Below are positions 13,501 through 23,471 of a stretch of 38,639 nucleotides of DNA, piece after piece (the first letter of the stretch is position 1; each line of letters begins with the position of its first letter). A model generated the notes under the pieces. It did not search any database. It saw nothing but the letters and a program-made list of their open reading frames with translations, and was not told the DNA's origin. The stretch lies in contig SNRW01000029.1 in the NCBI GenBank assembly GCA_008636045.1, forward strand, positions 1-38,639, in the 5' to 3' direction. The translations under genes were made by a program, and so were the position numbers. The stretch comes from Streblomastix strix. Lineage: Eukaryota.

Positions 13501-14711
13501 GTTGCAACAATTAAGAAAGCAGTCACAAAGTCATAATCTTAAAGAGCCATCAAATAGCAGAACAAAAATGATACTTATGCAACAAAAAATGATAAACCAG
13601 CATAAAAATGTTCAAGAAAAAAAAAGATAAAGATTCAAATGTAAAAAACCTAGAAAAGTTCGGTGAAGTAGCTGAATGATAGCTAATCAAGTGAATATGA
13701 GAGTGATAAAACTGATATTATTAGCACAGCACCAATTTCATAAGAATTGCCTCCAAATAAGAAGAAAAAGGAATAAAAAACTTAAATAGCTTAAAATTGA
13801 AGACAATTTCTAATAAGGCTAACAATAACTGAGATAAAGAAAGATAAATAATCCAAAAGACGATAATATAGACAATATTTCAGAGTCAATAAAAGAAACA
13901 CTTCCAACTCAAAAAATGATGAAAATAAAGATATAAAAGAAACATTTCCATCTCAAAAAGATGAAAATGATGATAATATCAAACAAATTAATGCGAAGAT
14001 TTAAAATAGTTAAGCTAAGGAAAAACAATTAAAATCAAGAAAAAGACAAAATAAAAAAGATAGTAAAATAATTTAAAATGGTAATTGAAATTAATCTATA
14101 ATTGCTTGAGGAAAACGAATTTCATTGAAAAAGCTCGACAAAACTTGTAAATTATTTCTATATGTATCGTTTATGAACGTGATAGACTATTTCAACACTT
14201 CAAATGTATTCAATTTGCATATATCACATGTTTTTCGCTATTTGTAAAGCACAGTTCACTGAATTTTAATAAAAAATTAAAAAATCTAAATTAAACTAAT
14301 AAATATGTTTCAAACTATAGAGATTCAATTGAATTTTATTTACTCGTCATTTTCATTGTCTCTGAGTTCAAGATAATTATTTAATCTAGTTTGAATAGAT
14401 CTGGAATCTAAAAAAATAAAATTTGTTACCAATGATTAAAATTAATTTTATGTAATAATAAAATATAATGAAATATTTAATTATTAAAAAAATTATCAAT
14501 AATATAATCATTATAATTACGAAATTCGGTAAAAGTTTAAAAAAAATAAAAATCCTGAAATCGCCATCGTCGAGTGTGTGGATTGATTTAAACACAAAAA
14601 ATGAAGTATTCATATATTATTTAACCATATTATTAATTCAATACAAATCCGCGAGTAGTTTTCTATCCACCCGCAAAATCGCAATTTTTTGGCTAATTTT
14701 TTCCATACCTA
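10508..14711 (+). mobile_element. Full-length hAT-superfamily DNA transposon, 4204 bp
   Basis: Left end TAGGCATGGCAAAA (10508); right end reverse complement TAGGTATGGAAAAA (ends 14711). 8-bp TSD GTTCCTAA (10500-10507) / GTTCCTAC (14712-14719), 7/8 identical. Internal hAT transposase and GC-rich ATCCG-containing subterminal motifs at both ends. Confidence 0.93.
10972..14088 (+). pseudogene. hAT transposase, disrupted (5' end uncertain; probable intron 11057..11126)
   Basis: MVFDSG (D at 11663), VTIDG (D at 11849), ICLCL in place of CxxH (11957-11968), ETRWVY (12110-12127), and LKLKSIPFSDAACERCFSTIKRLLGDDRNRL (E at 13306; hAT C-terminal dimerisation motif). In-frame TGAs at 11201, 11600, 13447 and 13798, and frameshifts near 12355 and 12545. 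Confidence 0.9.
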
Positions 14712-15007
14712 GTTCCTACTTGTTGCAAATGTGCAGTTTTCATTATAAATCTATTCATCATTTACAATTAATAAAAAAAACAAAGTAACTAAGTAAACGC
14801 TTATTGAAATAATAAACCATTGATTAATTAAACATCGCTAATGAAATATACACAAAATTGACATTAATAATTGAAATGGTTAAAGAATGTCTTTAAAGTA
14901 GTCAGAGTGCCAATATCTTGAGGTCAGTTTTAAGTCATTCCGAAAATTTAGCGACAATAAGACAATAAGACAAAAGAAATAGATTAGATAATTAACGCAG
15001 GTATATT

Positions 15008-16734
15008 TCACATGTTCGCCTTCAATAACTGCAGAACATCATCTTCTCCCTTAGTATATGAAACTCCTGAATTGGCTTTATTACTGAGCAGATTATCGGC
15101 TTCTCCCTTAGTGTATGAAACACCTGAATTGGCTTTATTATTTAATAGATTATCAGTTTCTCCTTTTGTGTATGCATAGATTGGTTATGTTTTATCAGCT
15201 TTCAACAATAGCAGAGCATCATCTTCTCCTTTAGTGCATGAAACTCCAGAATCAGCTTTATTATTGAGCAGATTATCGACATCTGTTTTATTGTATGCAT
15301 CGATTAGTTATGTCTTATCTGCATTCAACAACAGCAGCGCATCATCATCTCCTTTAGTGTATGAAACTCCTGAATCGGCTTTATTATTGAGCAGATTATC
15401 GACTTCTGTTTTAGTGTATGCATCAATCAATTATGTTCTATCCGCCTTCAATAACAGCAGAGCATCATCTTCTCCTTTTGTGTATGAAACTCCTGAATTA
15501 GCTTTAATATTGAGCAGATTATCGGCATCCCCTTTAGTGTATGAATCGATTAGTTATGTTTTACCAGCCTTCAACAACAGCAACGCATCATCTTATGTCT
15601 TCGTATAAGCATCAATTTAATCGGAAATGTTCAATTTTAAATTCAATTTTTAATCTGTTTCAGTTTATGAATATGTTTATGATTTGTTGTAATAATTAGA
15701 TAAATCAACGCTTGTACTTATGTCATATATCGACTTAACACCTCCACCTGCACAAACAACAGAATTATTATCGTAATTCTATACAGATATTCCGACAGAG
15801 TGTATTATTGTATTAAATGTCTTATAACCTGTAATAGTTTCATCATAGTTAGTCGTTATAAATGAACTATTTTTCGCAGGTATTAATGTATTTCCATCAA
15901 ATGATAAATCTGTTATTGCATTGCCTCCTCCTGTAGCAGCTCCAAGAATTGTCATGACGTTGCTCATATCTGGCAGTTCTGTTTCTAGTGCTCGAAGATT
16001 AAAGCCATCCCACCAATAATCCATGACTTACTTATCAACTATATATAAATTATCACCAATCGTTAATTTTGCAACGTTTTCCTAATCTTCCATCCAAGTG
16101 TTCATCTCTTTCATAGTTTCGAATATGTATCCTTTTGATTTACCTGAAGCGATTTCAATTATTTCTTATAATTATGATTATGTTACTGACGAACTTACCA
16201 ACTTATCATTTCCACAAGCAAGAAGAATAGAAGCATCATTTTTATTCCGTTTCGATACGCTTGAAACACTAATTATTCCAAATTAATTTGGGCCAGGTAT
16301 TATATGAGTAGAAGCTAAATCAACATAATCCGCTAATTCTGTTTTATCAGCCTTCAACAACAACAGAGCATCATCTTCTGTATTTGAATATGTATTGATT
16401 TAATCAGAAATATTTAATTTGTCATCGAGTAGGGCATCGACTTCAGTCTTCGAATATGCATCAATTAGCTCAGTTTTATCAGCCTTCAACAACAGCAGAT
16501 CATTAACTTCATATTTAAAGTATGCATCAATTTAATCAGAGATATTTAATTTTTTATCTAACATTTCATCAATTTCTTCACGATTATAAATTTAAGGTGC
16601 TTCATTAGTTACATTTATTATACTTCCAATTTTTTGACCATAATAATTAAACCAATAGTTTTATATCTATTTGAGCCATAAAGAATCTAATCACGATTTA
16701 AAACAACATCAAACATATGCAAATCACCATCCAT
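15008..16734 (-). pseudogene. Fibre-like repeat protein (phage tail-fibre-type repeats), with one frameshift and probably 3'-truncated
   Basis: ATG 16734 (MDGDLHMFDVVLNRDQILYGSNRY), then a 1-nt frameshift near 16660, then about 550 open codons with KADKTELIDAYSKTEVDALLDDK repeats, WMEDQENVAKLTIGDNLYIVDKQVMDYWWDG, ETITGYKTF and CAGGGVKSI. It ends abruptly inside a repeat at TGA 15008-15010. Confidence 0.75.
15010..15640 (-). repeat. Coding tandem repeat with a 120-bp (40-aa) unit made of 63-bp and 57-bp sub-units
   Basis: Unit YTKGEDDALLLLKADKTQLIDA-YTKTEVDNLLNNKADSGVS. The anchor gaaactcc recurs at about 15240, 15363 and 15487 (about 120-bp period), with shorter 57-bp steps at about 15060 and 15117. 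Related units occur at 16330-16560. Confidence 0.9.
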
Positions 16735-16749
16735 TTTATAAAATTAAAA

Positions 16750-17340
16750 ATAATTTATTAACAGTTTTAAAATTATTTAAATACTGTCATTAATTTTTTC
16801 GATATTGCACTAATAATTTTACATGTCATTCTCTCTTAAATCTAAAATACTTGTTATTTTATTATTTAAATATAAGCATATCTTACAGTTATCCATTAAT
16901 ATATTTATTTTTTCCTCGTCAAATTTATATATATTTAAGTTTTCAATTAATATCTCATTTAATGTTTATGTAGAGTTACTGCAAAATTTACTAAAACATT
17001 CATCGTCTCAATTCACGCATTTAATTTAACATTCAGGGACATCAAAAGTGTAAGCAACTACCCGAATCAATTAATTTCCAGATAATACGAAGTGCGCTGA
17101 TTCTTTAATCATGTGTTCATCTTCGCAAATGATGTCCAACAGCCAACGACACACTGATGGATCTGGAGTTAATGTTTCTTCAAATATTGAACATCTACGC
17201 CTAGCTGACAAGGTTGGTGTTTCATATCTGATAACATGTTGCTGGAAAGGGTTGCTGAAACAGGATAGTTGAAATTGGTCGATTTCCTTTTCGAATTATG
17301 GCTCTACTTCTGGAATAGTTGGATTCTTCATTTTAATCAT
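16750..17340 (-). pseudogene. Decayed ORF immediately upstream of the fibre-like gene
   Basis: MIKMKNPTIPEVEPQFEKEIDQFQLSCFSNPFQQHVIRYETP.., RWLLDIICEDEHMIKEISALRII.. and VAYTFDVPECQIKCVN*DDECFSKFCSNSTQTLNEILIENL.. lie in shifting frames and abut the fibre ATG. Confidence 0.4.
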
Positions 17341-17886
17341 GTTAAAAATAAATAATTATTCACGTTAAATAAAATCGAAAATTGAACCTAATTAATAGAC
17401 TCAGATTGAGCTAAAAATGTCATTTTATATAGAGTACAATATGTTTTAGATTAACTCAAATTAATATATTAATATTATTATATTTATGTTATTATAATAA
17501 GAAATTTATCAAAAATATTCAAAATTCGTATATTTAATTGTCTTATTTTAAATATTTATTAAAATTTGCATTTCATAACGAAATTTGATAAATGTACAAA
17601 TTAGTAATTGGCTTATTATTTGCTACAAATTTATACCCACTATCAACTAAATTATATTCATCTTGAATAATTATTAGAACTTTTTAAAAATGAACTTATA
17701 TTTTCAATTTTTTACACAATTATTCAAATTTGTTAGTTAAATTTTACTTATTTTTATATATTTTTCAACCTATCAATAATATTTCCCCATCCAGTCCAAG
17801 TGATATGGGAGATTTTGGCCATGATAATAATAATAATATTTATTTTTTAATTTTCTACTAATATTTTCAGAATATTATCTTTTTCG

Positions 17887-19207
17887 ATGTTATTAATTAT
17901 CATTTCACTAATCATTACATCGTTAAGATCTCTTTCCGATACTAGTTTTTTGTACTATTATAGTGGTGATATGGACAAAAATGGAGTTCTTACACTTAAT
18001 GCTGAAGGCGGAACACAAATTTGGGATCATGTTACATCTTCAGTTAAAATCACCGAATTTCCCATACGAGAAACAAATGTTAATGCGTTCCAAGATACTT
18101 ACGTTTAACCCTTGCTTGATACATCAGAGATTGTAGAATCGGAAGTCGCTAAACCACTGAATGAATACTAGCTTCAATGCGGTTGCGTATAAAAAGCTTA
18201 CTAAAGAGATTATTATGGTCTCATTGGCTTCACGCTATTAGCTCTTTCATCCACTACTGCTGCACCTAATTACGCGCCTTCAATTACATACATGGTCAAG
18301 AATGGCCCTTCATCGGTCACATTTAAGAACATACCTGATAAATACAAGAATAAATTTTATGACAGGGAAATTAAGCAAACGTGCGATTCGAAAGATGCCA
18401 TTGATTACTTGTAGTTCGCGCTCCAATCAGGGGGTACAACGAGTTCAAACTGTTTTCAAAACACTGAAATTCCAAATTCCACAAATAAATGTTCGAATGG
18501 TGACAATGTGACAGTAATTTTAAAAGGGTTCCACATTGCTTCATACAAATAGCTGAAATCAAATGATATTAAAGAGTTGATTATTCGCTTTGGCGCAGTT
18601 TAGTTCGGAGAGTATATTGCAGTTGGGTGGAGGTAATAGAAGTGGATTGCTGCATTGAAAGATGCTTCTGAATACAAATACACTGGTACTGAGGTTGATA
18701 TTGATGAAGGTAAATAATACAATGGATTGGTGGTTTTTAATCTGGGCATTTTTGATGTTGGTGTTGTAGAAGGTGAGATTGATGATGATATTGTTGGTAA
18801 GGTTAATGTTAGAATGATCGTTGGGATTGTATGTGGAGTTATGACATTTGTGATCTTCGTTATTATAATTGTTTGCTGCTGCTGTGCCAGAAGGAAAGTT
18901 TGCAATTATTTCATTTTGTGATTTAAATAATATTTTATGATTTGATAATCAGTCTGATTCAAATTACTCTGCTGAATGCTGCTGTTGTTGCAGAATTAAA
19001 AACAGCTACAATGACACTGACCCCATATGGAATTAAAACAGTAATGTATCCGATTTTCCAAATGGAATACAGATGCATAGTGTGTCTTAGCCTCAAGTGA
19101 ATGTAACTTAGACACCATAGCCAATTTCATATCCAGCAGTTCCTTCTGATTGTGCGGTAAACTCGTAAAAATAAGTTGCTAATAATAAAGACTAGTAGGC
19201 TGTCTGA
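17887..19207 (+). CDS. Type-I membrane protein (421 aa): signal peptide, possible inactive papain-like (C1A) ectodomain, one TM helix, Cys-rich cytosolic tail. Exons 17887-18897 and 18953-19207
   Basis: N-terminus MLLIIISLIITSLRS; 337 open codons; TM IVGIVCGVMTFVIFVIIIV followed by CCCCARRK; 55-nt GT-AG intron; then SDSNYSAECCCCCRIK...QQAV*. The gene structure is secure; the papain-like call is tentative. Confidence 0.85.
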
Positions 19208-20016
19208 AATGATTAATGATTGGGTTATGTTTGATAGTTATGATAATTTGTATAGTTAAGATGAAGAATTAATAGTACTTTTATATATTTATTATTAAAT
19301 AAAAAAATTGATTTAAATAAAGATAAAAAATAATTATAAGTATATTTTATATATGTTGATTTACAACTAACCTTAATCAATTACTCAAAACAGAAAGTTT
19401 TTTTACTTATGCATTACTAATAAAATAATTTTATAATTTTATAGATATTTTATATATTGATAAAAAAAATTAAAAGTCTAATAATAGATAATTTGGGTAA
19501 AATTTATTTTCAAACTATTGTTCTATAAGCTTACATATTTATATTGAATTTCAATACTATTTTTTAAATATACAGGTTATTTAACAAATTTAAATATATT
19601 AAATTTAACAATTTCGTTATTATAAGATTCAAACACAATTATTTTGAATATTTTCAATTTCTTGATAAACTTAAATTAAATTTCATACGTAATATTAAAA
19701 ATGATTGAATGAACTTACTTTTAACTCAATTATAATACATATATACTTAATACATATTTTTAATTACAATTTATAAGAATTTTATTTATTTATTTATTTT
19801 TTAATTTTTAGCACTATATTCAACCAAATTTTTTAATTTTTTCACATTTATTTTCTTATCCTCACATTTTTGACCAACAAACCCAACTAAATTTCTCTAT
19901 ATTTACTTTTCTACGCCAAAATATTTCTTTCTCAAAATAAAATATTAAATCAACTAAAAAAAACTCAAATTTTTATGAAAAACCAAATAAAATATTTCTA
20001 TTTTTTTTGATTTTAG

Positions 20017-22877
20017 ATGAAGTAACTTTTTGTTGAAGTTTATTTGTCTCTCAAGATTCCACTTAGTGAAGACTAGATTTAAAAAAATGAAATAATTAAA
20101 TAGTAGGAAGAATAATGTAACAAGATTTATAATTAATTCACATGGAAATCAGATGATTTAGGAAGAAGCAATGCTATTAATGCAGGAATTATAGATGTAT
20201 TGCATGAAATTATATCAACAAGAAACCTTGACGATATAACAGCACCTTACATACATGCATTATTTGTCTTCACTCATCCATACAGCATTGCTATTAGCAA
20301 ATTATTGTTTGAAAAGAAATCACTCACATATCTTTTACGTCTTCTTGATCATTAAGATCAATAGATAATTAACAGCGCACTTGCAGCAATTGTTAATATT
20401 CTTTATTGTGGAGTTATCAGTACAAATCATACATTACCACATCCATATTATGAAGAACTGGTTTTATAAGGAGGAATATAAAAGATATTTACACTTCTCC
20501 AACAAACCACTCATTAATTCAGTAAAAATTGTTTAGCAACCATTGTTGGATTTGTATTCAGATCTCGCGAGATGCCTGATCCTGAAATGAAAGATTAAAT
20601 TATCTCTCATCTGAAATCAAATGTTAATCACCAAGATGAAGAAACTCGCAATGAAGTAAATCTTGCATTGCAATGTCTCTAACAAAATTCTGGTATTTAA
20701 ACAAATTTTATATTTGTTTAATAGTTAAATATATTTGTATTCATATTTATTCTATATTTTTGACTTTATTTTTTTATTTTTTAATTAAACTTTTTAAAAT
20801 ATATTAATATTTAGATTTCAATCTTTAGTTTTCTGACAAAGAATAACTTAATAATGCAACTGGATAACTTTTCATATATTAATTTGAAGAAGATATGACA
20901 GAAAGTTGGCTGAAGGAACATTTTGAACAGTTTGGAGGAGTTATATCCATATTCTTGCCTGTTTGTATGGGAAAATCGAGAGGATTTGGTTTTGTAACAA
21001 TGAAAGAAAAAGAAGCATCTTTGAGAGCATTCAATCATTGGTATTTAAATGGTTTTGTTCGTCTAAAGATAATAGATAATTAGTCTGATTATATTTCAAC
21101 AAAAGGTTGGAGATAATATTAATATTGTTTTTTATTTATTATTTTATAATATTAATTTCAACATTTTAAATAAATTTTAATCGAATTTTAAATATTTTTA
21201 CAACAATAATCAGTTTCCAAACATCTCTCAATTGAAGATATATTAACTTCAAAGAAGACTTCCGCAGAATAATAGATAAGTAAACTTCAAAAGCTCGAAA
21301 TTAAATTTTAGAATGAAAGTATCTTCAAACTAGTTGTTATATTTGATTAAGAATAATTTACAGCCATAAATGATAAAATATAGAATTGTAATTCAAAAAT
21401 TGAATTAGAATTGATTAAAATTCTGGAAATTGTTTTTGAACGAGTATAATAGCTTTAATTGGTTTATACAGATTATAATAGATGGAGATACATCCTTTTC
21501 TAAGAGATATAAGAATCGAAATTACTACTGAAAATTGAGACAATTTTGAAATAAAAATTTGAAATTGAAGAAAAGAAGTTAGAACACGAATATTCAACTA
21601 ATGAATAGCAATTGATATGCACATATTTATAAATATAGAAAGGCCATAAAGTTGAGAAATTTATTCTTAAAACTTGTAAATAAATATTAATGAGAAACAT
21701 CACAGTATTTGTCAATAAATTAAAGAATGCAAAGAATCATAAACATTAACATAAACATTAACATCAACAAAAAATAACCCAAGGTGATGATGATGTTGAA
21801 TTAGATAATATGATGATATCAATGACTCACACATTAAATTCAGTAAGAAATTCATTAATTTATGATAATTGTACACATAATAAAATTTAGAATGGAAGGA
21901 TTCATGATTTGCAGGATATAAAATTTCATGAAACATTCTACTAACTACTTCACTTTAACTGTCCACATGATCTGAAATGCACTAATAGGATAAAAGTTAG
22001 AAAAAATAATCCAGTATTTAATTCACTATAATAAGCTATATATGATATAATGGGTAGTATCTGCCACAATTTATTTTTTACTCAAAATGATCTTCAGGAA
22101 AAACATCATATGATAAATCATATTGCTCCTATAATAATTAAATTCAATAAATAAATAATACTTCACTCATAAAATTAATATGATTAATAATAATCTCTTT
22201 CTTTCTCTAAACCTTCTTTACCAGCTATATTTGTTGCATTATAATTTCTTCATGATCTTATTATTGGGAATGATAAAAATAATATCATTGTGAAAAAACC
22301 ACATCTCATAAATTCTCTTATTTAACTTAGTAGATATAACAGTCGTAATCATTTTAATTCAATTTATGATATTCAAACATTATAGATTAGAATCAACTCA
22401 CTTAAATGCTTGCGTTAAATATTGATACATTACAATAAAAATGTACAATCATAAATTTCTCAAAAATAACTATTAAGTTTTCTGATTGAAATTATTGCAT
22501 AATGTGGTGGAAGTTCTAACTATAATGTTGAATAATTATTTTAAGCAATGCGTTGTATAAGATTTTTATTCACAGAGCAGCATTTGAGTAATTAAAAAAC
22601 TTAATAGGAGCAATTTGAGGAAGAAGGAGGAAATGAGGAATTAGATTCACATATGAAGTATACAATAATGAAACAACATAATTTGAATGAGTTTTCTTAA
22701 GATATTTGGCGAGATCAGAATTAATTTCCCCTTTATATCACTGATGAATTCATTCTTTCAACAATATAAGCTAGAAATGTGTTTATAGTATTATCAAATT
22801 TTTATTAAAAATCAACAAGAGTACCAATATTTATGTTGAATAATGTAAATATATAAATATTGAACCATGGAAATTGA
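20017..22877 (+). CDS. ARM/HEAT-like helical protein with an embedded RRM domain. Exons 20017-20692, 20815-21105 and 21214-22877
   Basis: Two phase-1 GT-AG introns join three open exons. RRM motifs are RNP2 LFIYQF and RNP1 RGFGFVTM. ARM-like segments are LLRLLDHQDQQIINSALAAIVNIL, HPYYEELVLQGGIQKIFTLL and EQFEEEGGNEELDSHM. TGA at 22875-22877. The ATG follows a TTTTAG, so an upstream exon is possible. Confidence 0.85.
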
Positions 22878-23471
22878 TGATTAATGGAAATTAAATAAAG
22901 AATGCGATAATCCTAATATGAACAAATATTTAACTTGAAATAATCATAACTGTTAAGAACAATTTTTCAAACTTCTTCAAATATTATTTTTATATTTTCA
23001 ATAATATTTATCTTTTGTTTGTTATTGATATTCGTTTCATATATCTCATACGTTTAATAATCAAATATCTCTAGTTTCTGTAAATAGCATTACCATAAAA
23101 TACATAAATAAATAGTATTTAAAGATAAGAAATAGACTAACTATTGAAGAGGAATAATTTGTAATTTATTTTATTCAAATCTTCTTACATTTTTATGTGG
23201 TTAAAAATTATTATTAAATACAAAAGATTTTATTGAAAGAGCGCAGATCCTAAATTGAAAAATTTCCTCGAACACTACTCCTCAATCAAAATTTTTTAAT
23301 ACATTCAACCTATTTGAACTTTCAATAAATTATCATTTTATTACAATTTTATTATCAACAACTAAAATATTCAAATATTCACAGAAATTACGCGAAGTAT
23401 CTAAAACAAAATTTTTCTTTTTAATCTTATCGTTATTATTTTTTTATATTATTTAACTTTATTCTAAGAGT

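Larger units (their letters stand above)
8834..14770 (-). pseudogene. Putative major capsid protein pseudogene (about 570 codons; segments 14770..14712 and 10499..8834), interrupted by the hAT element
   Basis: Reads through after removing 10500-14711: VNDEQIYNENCTFAT|..LLDNAVVLISNDGEHHYSIMEIKS..SFLSVVLTANIQLNNKLDKIDESYKDGLVLLVSLISGSNIIRE..YENIHKFDISACETYI..VNIPLDDHLILSTFCDNSNGIFGDLK..VEIWPFPTSAT..TTCFENPCY..RNFPDMPINTFDQQFVQLQLSASNLDLLFQATDEFED..IYQGATD..HDTF*LFSTATGGNCIYDTNSSFDEVIGPLNS* (TGA 8834-8836). Many frameshifts. The capsid identity is inferred from size, beta-rich composition, context and recalled family resemblance, not from a diagnostic motif. Confidence 0.6.
6633..17400 (-). mobile_element. 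Decayed endogenous DNA virus relic, Polinton/Maverick-like (boundaries approximate), containing a nested hAT transposon
   Basis: Run of closely spaced, intron-less, same-strand (minus) genes, most with frameshifts or TGAs: unknown ORF, fibre-like repeat protein, capsid-sized gene, small ORFs, KilA-N. This contrasts with the intron-containing + strand host genes. No pPolB or packaging ATPase was recognised. Confidence 0.65.

Noticed and set aside
15234..15608. 124-aa repetitive + strand ORF; the 120-bp repeats as a possible CRISPR array
   Set aside because: The ORF is the antisense of the fibre-like gene. Units vary like codons, have no unique spacers, no cas genes are present, and the DNA is eukaryotic.
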